Assembly: GCA_965232345.1 (NCBI GenBank)
Contig: OZ246969.1
Coordinates: forward strand, 1,280,340 to 1,344,339
Reading direction: 5' to 3'
Source: Arenicellales bacterium
GTDB taxonomy: Bacteria; Pseudomonadota; Gammaproteobacteria; Arenicellales; JAJDZL01
Length of the DNA stretch: 64,000 nucleotides
In this document: positions 36,184 through 45,300 of the stretch, in pieces
Layout of the letters: every line of letters starts with the position of its first letter
How positions within the stretch are numbered: position 1 is the stretch's first letter
Translations under genes and position numbers: made by a program
Notes under the pieces: model-generated
Told to the model about the DNA's origin: nothing
The model's input: the letters and a program-made list of their open reading frames with translations, nothing else
The model's database searches: none

Positions 36184-36431
36184 TCGAAATCAATCGGTTT
36201 GACTGACTCTCTATCGCGTCTGGTAAAGGTTTCGAATTCCTCGTCAGTCAATTCAATTTGACGGCCAGCATCAAATAGCAGCGACCCCAGCCCAATTCGG
36301 TCTTTCGACAAAACCGCGGCTTCCAGGATGGCGCGCACCTCAGCTTCAGTGCTGCGGTTGCGCTTTGCTGCACGCACACGAAGTGCGCGATGCACCTCGT
36401 CAGGTACATTGCGAACGGTAAGAACAGCCAT
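36180..36431 (-). CDS. vapB: Type II antitoxin, ribbon-helix-helix (FitA/VapB/Arc type)
   Basis: 83 aa. MAVLTVRNVPDEVHRALRVRAAKRNRSTEAEVRAILE is a typical RHH antitoxin N-terminus. Confidence 0.85.
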   Translation of the reverse strand: MAVLTVRNVPDEVHRALRVRAAKRNRSTEAEVRAILEAAVLSKDRIGLGSLLFDAGRQIELTDEEFETFTRRDRESVKPIDFE

Positions 36432-37082
36432 AATTCAACAGTCATAGTTGCTTTCAGTGCATGCATAATATCACAATGACAGCATTCTATGTGTTTGAAT
36501 TCAGACTCCCTGACCTCGGCTGAGTTGCCATGTTGGTGTTTTCGGCATAGATCGAGTGACGGTGTCCGCTTGGGGGCGGATTCTTGGTTGCCAACAGCGA
36601 TCGACAGTTGCATGACGAGGCTCGAATGACTGTTTTGCATAACATGCATTTTCAGCCTATCGCGAAATAGATCAAGACTGATTTGCGAAGTTTCTTCCAA
36701 ATCAAGTCAATAGAATGAATGCTTTGAGAAAATCAGCCGAAATCTCTCAATTTATCGAGGTCAGGAAGTCTCAATGCACTGCAGGTTTGGGAACAAGACA
36801 GAATTATTCCGGCGTCCAGTGATGGGGTTGGAACTCGGACATCTGAACTGATCTCATTGACCGAATCTGCTGCTTGACTCCAAGCGCCTCGCCAGACACT
36901 GTCAGCCAGGCTTATTGGGCCGCTCTAAGTTGGCTGTCAATTTGCTGCACATCATGCAATATCAGGAAAGTATAGCAACCAATCGATAACGCACCGCCTG
37001 ATCACAATTCGGATGACCGCGCGAAAATTGCGAAAAAAATGTTGGATCAGAAAAATTGCACTAAAATACGGTTTCGCTGTCT

Positions 37083-37269
37083 GAGGTGTTTGTTGCCGAA
37101 TCGATCCGAATTTCCGGCAACACTTTAAATGGGAAGTCTGGTGAGTGAGGTCATATAACCGGATCAACTCTCGCAATTCCAGCGCTGCCCCCGCAACGGT
37201 GATCAGCATTCATGCTGTCAGTCCGAAACCGCCCTCTTTCAGGCCAAGAATTTCGTTTTAGCGGAGGGC
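37083..37269 (+). promoter_or_regulatory. Cobalamin riboswitch, short variant type (cassette copy 1)
   Basis: Contains AATGGGAAGTCTGGTGAG...CAATTCCAGCGCTGCCCCCGCAACGGTGATCAGC...GCTGTCAGTCCGAAACCGCCC, followed by hairpin GCCCTC...GAGGGC. It lacks the GCCACTG...GGGAAGGC extension. Upstream of cobO. Confidence 0.75.
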
Positions 37270-37558
37270 TTCAACGTGGCATCAAGAATTCCCACCGCCT
37301 GAACTTCTCCCAACGCAGCGCAGATTCCAGCTGAGAGGTTTTCTTGCATTCACTCGGAAAAGTTTACGCCGCAGCCCGGCGAACGCGAAATTCTCTCACT
37401 CGTGTGCTGTCGCTGATTTCGATACCAGCCGCAATTGCCCCCAGCACACCACTGAATGCAACCATTGCCGCCTTGCGGCACCGGAATCACCGCGCCCGCG
37501 TGAATCGCTCGCAACGGTTCTGAGATGGACGCGATTGACATGACAGCCGTGGACAGCA

Positions 37559-38167
37559 ATGATGGATGATGAAGCAAAACAGCAGCACAGCGTCACCATG
37601 AAGCGCAAGAAGCAGGCGATCGATGAGCAGATCGCCCTCGCACAGGAAAAACGCGGGGTGCTTGTCTTGATCACCGGCGACGGCAAGGGCAAGACCACCT
37701 CCGCCTTCGGCACCGCAATCCGCGCTCTGGGACACGGAATGCGGGTTGGAATCATCCAGTTCATCAAAGGCACTCAGGCAACAGGCGAAGTCATCTATCT
37801 GACACAGCAGCATCCGCAGCTGGCCTACCATGCCATGGCAACTGGCTTCACCTGGGACAGCCGAGACTGGGACAAGGACAAAGCCGCCGCTGAGGAGACT
37901 TGGGTTTATGCCACACGCATGCTGGCGGACCCCGAAATCCAGCTGGTAGTGCTGGACGAACTGACCTATATGCTTACGTACGAATACCTGAGCATGGCCG
38001 ATGTGATTGAGGCTGTCCGCCAGCGCCCGGCAGGACAGAATGTGATTATTACGGGCCGCGGCGCGAAGCCGGAACTGATTGCAGTCGCTGATACCGTCAG
38101 CGAGATCGCTGCGGTCAAGCACGCATTCAAAGACGGTGTGAAAGCCCAGCCCGGTGTGGATTTCTGA
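37559..38167 (+). CDS. cobO: Cob(I)yrinic acid a,c-diamide adenosyltransferase (copy 1)
   Basis: 202 aa. GDGKGKTTSAFG P-loop and the QFIKG...DELTY pattern of the CobA/CobO/BtuR family. Confidence 0.92.
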   Translation: MMDDEAKQQHSVTMKRKKQAIDEQIALAQEKRGVLVLITGDGKGKTTSAFGTAIRALGHGMRVGIIQFIKGTQATGEVIYLTQQHPQLAYHAMATGFTWDSRDWDKDKAAAEETWVYATRMLADPEIQLVVLDELTYMLTYEYLSMADVIEAVRQRPAGQNVIITGRGAKPELIAVADTVSEIAAVKHAFKDGVKAQPGVDF

Positions 38168-39033
38168 TGCCCAGGTGGTTGTTTCGAGCCGGATTGGCAT
38201 GCTGTTTTCTGAGCGCGGTTGCGAGCGCCGAGCAGACAGCCGCGTTGCCAACCATCGTCTCGACTCACCTTTGCGCTGACCAGATGGCTCTCAGCCTGGC
38301 GGCGCCGGAACAGATTCTTTCGCTCAGCTACAAGAGCCAGGACCCACTTCGGTCCCCCCATGCCGCGCGTGCGCTGGCCTATCCCGCCAATCGCGGCAGC
38401 AGCGAAGAAGTGATCCAGTTCAAACCGGATATCGTGCTGGCCTCGCGGCGCTGGCGAAACCACCCGCAGCAGCGGCAGTTCACTATGCTGGACATACGAG
38501 TGGTGGTGGTCCCCCTGTCCAACAGCTGGCCGGAGATATTCGCCAACACCCAGTGGCTGGCCGATCAGATCGGGCAGCCGGAACGCGGTCAGACCCTGAT
38601 TTCGGATGTGCGGCGGCGCTTGCAGGTCTTGCAGGAATCGGTGAGAGTGTCAGGCGAACCCGAGCAGAGCCTGCTGTACCTGCGCCCCAATGGCGGCAGC
38701 AGCGGCGAGGGCACCTACATTGACATGCTGATCCGCGCGCTGGGCTTTCGCAATCATGCGGCGGCGCTGGGGCTCAAAGGCTGGGGGCAGCTGTCACTGG
38801 AGAATATCGTGATGCATCCGCCGGATTATTTTCTGCTCAGCGGACATGTCCGCGACAGCACACGCGGCAACAGCCGGCTGTCGCGTCATCCGCTGCTGCA
38901 GCTGCTGCTGGACGAGCGGACGGTTCTGGTGCTGCCAGCCGACACAGGCTATTGTGCCGACTGGCAGATTATCGACACCGCAGAGTACCTTGCCGAACAG
39001 TTGGCGGCAGCAGCGAACGGAGCTGGCCGATGA
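38167..39033 (+). CDS. Periplasmic binding protein of a BtuF/FecB-type ABC importer
   Basis: 288 aa with a signal peptide. Class III periplasmic-binding-protein-like sequence. TGATG overlap with cobO, followed by a FecCD permease and an ATPase. Confidence 0.75.
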   Translation: MPRWLFRAGLACCFLSAVASAEQTAALPTIVSTHLCADQMALSLAAPEQILSLSYKSQDPLRSPHAARALAYPANRGSSEEVIQFKPDIVLASRRWRNHPQQRQFTMLDIRVVVVPLSNSWPEIFANTQWLADQIGQPERGQTLISDVRRRLQVLQESVRVSGEPEQSLLYLRPNGGSSGEGTYIDMLIRALGFRNHAAALGLKGWGQLSLENIVMHPPDYFLLSGHVRDSTRGNSRLSRHPLLQLLLDERTVLVLPADTGYCADWQIIDTAEYLAEQLAAAANGAGR

Positions 39034-40052
39034 TCGGACAGGCAGCTCATCGACGCTATCTTCTCTTGAACAGCGGCCTGCTCATCCTGTTGCTGCTGTT
39101 GGCGCTGATCTCACTTCGTATCGGTCCCGTGCCGATACTCACCAGTGAGCTGATCGACGCCCTGATGTACAGTGACCGTTCCGACCAGGCGTTGCGCCAT
39201 GGCATGATTCTCACCGAGCTGCGCCTTCCGCGGCTGCTGCTGGCGATACTGGTGGGCGCCTCTCTGGGGGTTTCGGGCGCCGCGTTGCAGGGGCTGCTGC
39301 GCAACCCGCTGGCCGAGCCGGGCCTGCTCGGCGTATCATCGTGTGCTGGGCTGGGCGCGGTGATCTGCCTCTACTTCGGACTCAGTGCGCTGAGCATCTG
39401 GCTGCTGCCGGTCATGGCCATGACCGGCGCCGCGCTGGCCACCCTGCTGCTCTACTGGATCGGTCGTCGCCGTGCCGGCAACCTGACCCTGATCCTCAGC
39501 GGCATCGCGCTGTCATCACTGGCCGCGGCGCTGACTTCGCTGGCCCTGAATCTGGCGCCCAGCCCGGCTGATGTGCGGGATATGGTGCTGTGGCTGCTGG
39601 GATCACTCAACTACCGCAGTTTCACCGACATTCAATTGTGCCTGCCTTTTGTGATCGCGGGCCTTGCTCTGCTGCTGAGCTGCGGGACCAAGCTGGATGC
39701 ATTGACCTTGGGCGAGGGCGAGGCGCAGAGTCTCGGTGTCAATCTGCCCGCCCTGCAACGACGGATCATACTCGGCACCGCCCTGTCCGTCGGCTCCTGT
39801 GTTGCAGTGACCGGGGCGATCGGTTTTGTCGGGCTCGTGGTGCCCCACCTTTTGCGCCGCTGGGTGGACTACCATCCGTCGCGGCTGCTGCTGAGCAGCG
39901 CGGTGGGCGGCGCAGTGCTGCTGCTGACTGCCGATATCGCCCTGCGTTTGCTCAGCAGCACGCAGGAAATCATGCTCGGTGTGGTCACCGCGCTGATCGG
40001 CGCGCCGTTCTTTCTGCTGCTGGTGCTGCAGCAGAAGCGGGAGGCATTATGA
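39030..40052 (+). CDS. FecCD/BtuC-family ABC permease
   Basis: 340 aa from ATG 39030 (overlaps the binding-protein stop). Typical LRLPRLLLAILVGASLGVSGAALQGLLRNPLAEPGLLGVS pattern. The track ORF begins upstream at 38952. Confidence 0.9.
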   Translation: MIGQAAHRRYLLLNSGLLILLLLLALISLRIGPVPILTSELIDALMYSDRSDQALRHGMILTELRLPRLLLAILVGASLGVSGAALQGLLRNPLAEPGLLGVSSCAGLGAVICLYFGLSALSIWLLPVMAMTGAALATLLLYWIGRRRAGNLTLILSGIALSSLAAALTSLALNLAPSPADVRDMVLWLLGSLNYRSFTDIQLCLPFVIAGLALLLSCGTKLDALTLGEGEAQSLGVNLPALQRRIILGTALSVGSCVAVTGAIGFVGLVVPHLLRRWVDYHPSRLLLSSAVGGAVLLLTADIALRLLSSTQEIMLGVVTALIGAPFFLLLVLQQKREAL

Positions 40053-40876
40053 GCGCGAAGCCACTCTTGAGCGCCAGCAAGGTGAGCGTGGAGCGGCGGC
40101 AGCGCACGCTGCTCGGAGACATCTCGCTGCGTCTCCAGCAGGGAGAGCTGCTGGGGCTGCTGGGTCCCAATGGCGCCGGCAAGAGCACACTGATGAAAGC
40201 CTTGGCTCAATTGCTGCCCTATCGCGGGGAGATTCGCTGTCAGGGAAAGCCGCTGCAGCAGGTTTCTGCCGCCGAGCGCGCCCGATTGATTGCCTATCTG
40301 GAACAGTCGGTCCAGAAAGGCTGGCCGATCGCGGTGCGCGACTATGTGGCGCTGGGGCGCCTGCCCCACCGCCCGTCCTGGTATCGCACCGCGCATCAGC
40401 ATCGCGACCGGAAGGCGGTTGAAACAGCCATTGCGCATGCCGGCCTCGGCAGTCTGGACGACCGGCCCGTGACAGAACTCTCCGGCGGCGAATTTGCGCG
40501 TGTGCGTCTGGCGCGGGCGCTGGCTGTGCAAGCTCCCCTGCTGCTGGCTGATGAGCCGGTGTCGATGCTCGACCCCTTCCATCAGCTGCAGGTGATGGAA
40601 TTGCTCCGGCAGCAGTGCCGCGAAGGCAAGGCGGGTATCGTCGTGCTGCATGACCTGACCCTGGCCAGCCGTTTCTGTGACCGCCTCATGCTGCTGGACA
40701 AGGGCCGCGCGGTCGCGGCAGGCGCGCCGCAGCAGGTTCTCACCCCAGCCAATCTGCAGCAGGTCTATCAGGTGCAGGCCATGGTGGGCGAGCACCAGCA
40801 GCAGCCCTACATATTGCCCTGGGCCTGCCACACCACCGAGTCGCCGGGCAAATTGAGAAGTCGATTCCAGCCATGA
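40049..40876 (+). CDS. BtuD/FecE-type ABC ATP-binding protein
   Basis: 275 aa from ATG 40049. Walker A GPNGAGKST, signature LSGGEFAR, Walker B LLLADEPVSMLD. The N-terminal 150 aa of the 39590 track ORF read through the permease gene in another frame and are not part of this protein. Confidence 0.9.
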   Translation: MSAKPLLSASKVSVERRQRTLLGDISLRLQQGELLGLLGPNGAGKSTLMKALAQLLPYRGEIRCQGKPLQQVSAAERARLIAYLEQSVQKGWPIAVRDYVALGRLPHRPSWYRTAHQHRDRKAVETAIAHAGLGSLDDRPVTELSGGEFARVRLARALAVQAPLLLADEPVSMLDPFHQLQVMELLRQQCREGKAGIVVLHDLTLASRFCDRLMLLDKGRAVAAGAPQQVLTPANLQQVYQVQAMVGEHQQQPYILPWACHTTESPGKLRSRFQP

Positions 40877-41210
40877 TCGCTTGTGAGAACCTGTGAGGAT
40901 GACACACATCACTTCCAAGCCGCCTGCCTGGCGCCGCAATGGAATCGACTCAATGCATAGATTGACTGTTCTGCATGACTCGATGCAGATTCATGCGGAA
41001 AAATGACCGGAATTTCAACGATGTTCTGGAAAATCACAGGATTTACAGCCTTTGGAGGACTGCAAATGAATATAGTTAACACCGTTGCGGGGCATCGGAG
41101 CTCCGTCACCGGCCGGGTGTATCCGCGCCGCGGCCGGATTCCGTGCAGAACAAATGCACCGCCCGTTTTCCGTCACCTTGTTCCTGAACTCTATTCGAAG
41201 GAGCCTGACC

Positions 41211-42296
41211 ATGCTCAGTAAAAACCATCGCAAAATTCCGGCAACAGTGATCACCGGCTTTCTCGGCAGCGGCAAGACCACATTGCTGAGAAACCTGCTC
41301 AATCATGCCGAGGGCAGACGCATTGCGGTCATTGTCAATGAGTTCGGCGAACTCGGCATCGATGGCGAAATTCTCAAGGGCTGCGGAATCGGCTGCGAGG
41401 AAGAAGGCGGTGAGGCCGGCAGCCTGTACGAGCTGGCCAACGGCTGTCTTTGCTGCACGGTGCAGGAAGAGTTTTTTCCGGTGATGCAGGAACTGATCGA
41501 GCGCCGCGATCAGATTGACCATATTCTGATTGAGACTTCCGGACTGGCGCTGCCCAAACCGCTGGTGCAGGCTTTCCGCTGGCCGGAGATCAAGAATGCC
41601 TGCACCGTGGATGCGGTAATCTGCGTGGTCGACACCCCAGCGGTGGCGGCCGGCCGGTTTGCCGCCAACCCTGATGCTGTGCAGCTGCAGCGCGAGGCCG
41701 ATGACAACCTGGACCACCAGTCGTCATTGCATGAGCTGTTCGAAGATCAGCTCAGCGCCGCGGACCTGGTCATACTGAGCAAAACCGACCTGGCGGATGA
41801 AGCGGCCATCACCGCAGTCGCGGCGGAAGTCGAAAGGGAAGTGCCGGAACAGGTGAAGCTCATTCACAGCACTGCCGACGGCGTCGACATGAGCCTGCTG
41901 CTGGGGCTGGACCATTCCTCTGAAGAGAGCATTCATCTGCGTGCGAGCCACCACGATCACGCGCATGGCGACGATGACGCCGATCACGATCATGATCACG
42001 GTCACGACCAGTTCGACTCGATTGTGGTTGAGCTGGCGGCGGTGGAGAAAGCCCCGCTGTTCGCAGCTTTGGAGAATTTGGTTAAAGAGAACGCCCTTTA
42101 CCGCATCAAAGGCTTCGTCGCCCTGCCGGACAAGCCGATGCGGCTGGTGGTGCACGGTGTCGGCACCCGCTTCGACAGTTATTTCGATCAACACTGGCCG
42201 GCCGATTCGGCGCCCAGCACCCGTCTGGTGCTGATCGGCAGAGATCTCAACCCCGCTGACATGCAGCAACGGCTCGAATCTGAACTGGGTTGCTGA
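41211..42296 (+). CDS. cobW: Cobalamin-biosynthesis G3E GTPase CobW
   Basis: 361 aa from ATG 41211 (AAGGAG upstream). P-loop GFLGSGKTTLL, GCLCCT motif, and the His/Asp-rich stretch HHDHAHGDDDADHDHDHGHD. Directly upstream of cobN. Confidence 0.9.
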   Translation: MLSKNHRKIPATVITGFLGSGKTTLLRNLLNHAEGRRIAVIVNEFGELGIDGEILKGCGIGCEEEGGEAGSLYELANGCLCCTVQEEFFPVMQELIERRDQIDHILIETSGLALPKPLVQAFRWPEIKNACTVDAVICVVDTPAVAAGRFAANPDAVQLQREADDNLDHQSSLHELFEDQLSAADLVILSKTDLADEAAITAVAAEVEREVPEQVKLIHSTADGVDMSLLLGLDHSSEESIHLRASHHDHAHGDDDADHDHDHGHDQFDSIVVELAAVEKAPLFAALENLVKENALYRIKGFVALPDKPMRLVVHGVGTRFDSYFDQHWPADSAPSTRLVLIGRDLNPADMQQRLESELGC

Positions 42297-42307
42297 GGGC
42301 GATCGGG

Positions 42308-45300
42308 ATGCATATGCTCGCCGCGCAGCCGGGTGGCTTTGTCGATGATGACTCGATCATCACGCGCCTGGATCAGACCCCCGCTGAGCTCGTAATTCTC
42401 AGCACCGCTGACACCACCCTTGCCCTGCTTGCCGCCCAGCACCCGCGCGTGAGCGGTGACTTGGCGCTGCAGGACTATCCTGAAGTGCGCCTGGCCAACC
42501 TGCTGCACCTGCGCCAGCATGCGTCCATCGACCTGTACATTGATGAAGTGCTTCAGCACGCCGAAGTGATCGTGATTGATCTCCTCGGCGGGGAAAGCTA
42601 CTGGCCCTATGGCACCGAGGGCGTTGTCGAGCTTTGCCGCAGCCGCGGGATCGCGCTGCTGATGTTCTCCGGTGACAACAGCGAGGACCTCAGCCTGCTG
42701 CAGAGAAGCACCGCGGCGATGGATGTTTGCCGCCAATGCTGGCGTTACCTGCGCGAAGGCGGCGCCGACAACGCACAGCAGCTGTACCGTTATCTGGCGC
42801 AGCAGTTTTTCAATCGGGACATCCCTGTGCTGCCGCCGAAACCGATCCCGGCAATCACCGTTTTTCATCCACACAAATCCATAGCCGCCATTGATGAATG
42901 GCGCGCAGACTGGGACGACGCGCATGCTGTCATCGCGGTCGTATTCTATCGTTCCCATCTGCAGGCCGGCAACACCAAAGCTTTCAGTGCATTGTGTGAT
43001 GAACTGCTTGAGCAGGGATTCAATCCGCTGCCGGTGGCGCTGAGCTCGCTGAAAGACGAGCTATGCCTGGAAACCCTGCGACAGCTCTGCCGCGAGCACA
43101 AGGCCCAGCTGCTGTTGAATACCACCGCCTTCGCACTCTCTTCGGTGAATGCGGCGGACAGCTCGCAGCCGTCACTGGTGGATGACCTGCCAGTGCTGCA
43201 GCTGATCATGAGCGGCGACAACCAGCAACGGTGGCAAGAGGATGCCCATGGTCTGCGCCCCCGGGATATCGCCATGCACGTGGCCCTGCCCGAGGTGGAC
43301 GGGCGCATCATCAGCCGCGCGATCAGTTTCAAGGGGCTCAACTACCATTGCGAACAGACTCAGACCGATGTGGTGCAGTATCAGCCGCATCGCGAGCGCA
43401 TCGCTTTTGTCGCGCAGCTGGCAGCCGCCTGGTGCCGGCTGCGGGCCAAGGCCAACAGCGAGAAGCGGATCGCCCTCATTCTCGCCAACTACCCAACGCG
43501 CGAGGGGCGGCTCGGCAATGGCGTCGGGCTGGATACACCGGCTTCGGTGATTACGATACTGCACGCGCTGCAGCAGCAGGGCTATTTGATCGACAATCCG
43601 CCGCCGGATGGCGATGCGCTGATGCATGCGCTGCAGCAGGGCATCACCAACGACCCGAGCAACTGGACGGTGCGCGCCGCATGGCAGAGCCTGGCGATGG
43701 CTGACTACATGGCCTTCTTCGCGCAGTTGCCTGCGGCAAGCCGCGAAGCGGTCAATGCCCGCTGGGGGGCGCCGCACCGCGATCCGATGCTGAGACAGAA
43801 CCGCTTCATGATCGCCGGCCTGCGCTGTGGTCAGGTTTTCATTGGCATCCAGCCGGCGCGAGGCTATCACCTCGACCCGATGGCCAGTTATCACGACCCG
43901 GATCTAATCCCGCCGCACTGCTATCTGGCTTTCTACTGCTGGCTGCGCCGGCGCTACCGCTGTGACGCCATGGTGCATGTCGGCAAGCACGGCAATCTCG
44001 AATGGCTGCCGGGCAAGAGTGTGGCGCTCAGTGCGGAATGCTGGCCGGACCTGGTTTTCGGCCCCATGCCGCATCTCTACCCGTTCATTGTCAATGACCC
44101 CGGTGAGGGCGCTCAGGCCAAACGCCGCGCACAGGCAGTGATCATCGACCACCTGATGCCGCCGCTGACGCGCGCGGAAAACTATGGTGAACTGCAGGAT
44201 TTGGAGCGGCTGCTGGATGAATTCTACGAAGCGCGAACAATGGACCCCAAACGCGAGAAGCTGCTGCGCAAGGAGCTTCTTAAGCACATTCTGACGCAGG
44301 ACCTGCACCGCGACCTGGGCATTGGCCAGCCGCAGAATGAAGCAGAAGAACAGGCGTTGCTGAACAGCACCGATGCCTATCTTTGTGAGCTGAAAGAAAG
44401 CCAGATCCGCGATGGACTGCATGTCTTCGGTCATTCTCCGGCCGGACAGCAGGCCAGCGACACCCTGGTGGCGCTGGCGCGATTCCCAGTCGGCCGGGGC
44501 GAAGGAGCAGACAACAGCCTGATTCGCGCTCTGGCGGAGGATCTGCTGAAAACTGGGGAGGCCGGCGAAACGGACGAATTCGATCCTCTGGATTCCGACT
44601 GGCAGCAGAACTGGCAGGGTCCTCGCCCGGCCCGCCTGCAGCAACTGAGCGAGGAACCTTGGCGCAGCCATGGTGACACCCGCGAGCGACTCGAGTGGCT
44701 GGCTCTGGATCTGCTGCAGCAACGCCTCACGACAGATGCGTTGCGGCAGCAGGGGCTGCCATCTGCCGCCCTTGTGATGTCGCGCGTCTATGACGATCTG
44801 CAGCTGCGGCTGGCTGCCTGTGGAGAACAGGAAATCCATCAACTGATGCAGGGGCTGAACGGACGCTTTGTTCCTCCCGGCCCCAGCGGCGCGCCTTCGC
44901 GCGGCCGCCCCGATGTCCTGCCGACGGGAAGAAATTTCTTTTCCGTCGACACCCGGAGCATTCCCACCCACACCAGCTGGTCTCTGGGCTGGCGCTCGGC
45001 GGAGCTGCTGGTGGAAAAATACCTGCTTGAGGAGGGGGATTATCCCAGCTCGATCGGCTTGTCGGTCTGGGGCACCGCAACCATGCGTACCGGCGGTGAT
45101 GATATCGCCCAGGCGTTTGCCCTGATTGGTGTGAGGCCGAAATGGGCGGATGGCAGCCATCGGGTCACCGATTTCGAGATTCTGCCGCTGGGTTTTCTCA
45201 ACCGTCCCCGGGTGGATGTCACGCTGCGAGTTTCCGGTTTTTTTCGCGACGCGTTCCAAGGTTTGATTCATCTCTTTGATGCGGCGGTGCAGGCCGTCGC

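Noticed and set aside
36248-36700. 150-aa minus-strand ORF overlapping vapB and its upstream region
   Set aside because: It is out of frame with the well-supported RHH antitoxin gene and has no motifs.
36952-37209. 85-aa minus-strand ORF whose sequence recurs at 55495-55710
   Set aside because: The apparent conservation comes from the repeated riboswitch cassette RNA on the plus strand. The ORF reads through the aptamer core (GCTGCCCCCGCAAC), so it is not a protein gene.
39590-40048. N-terminal 153 codons of the 428-aa track ORF preceding the ABC ATPase. There are similar N-terminal extensions of track ORFs at 45888-46181, 41085-41210, 55879-56007 and 38952-39029.
   Set aside because: These extensions overlap the preceding genes in another frame and lack family similarity. 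Internal starts with RBS or stop-start coupling give proteins of canonical length.
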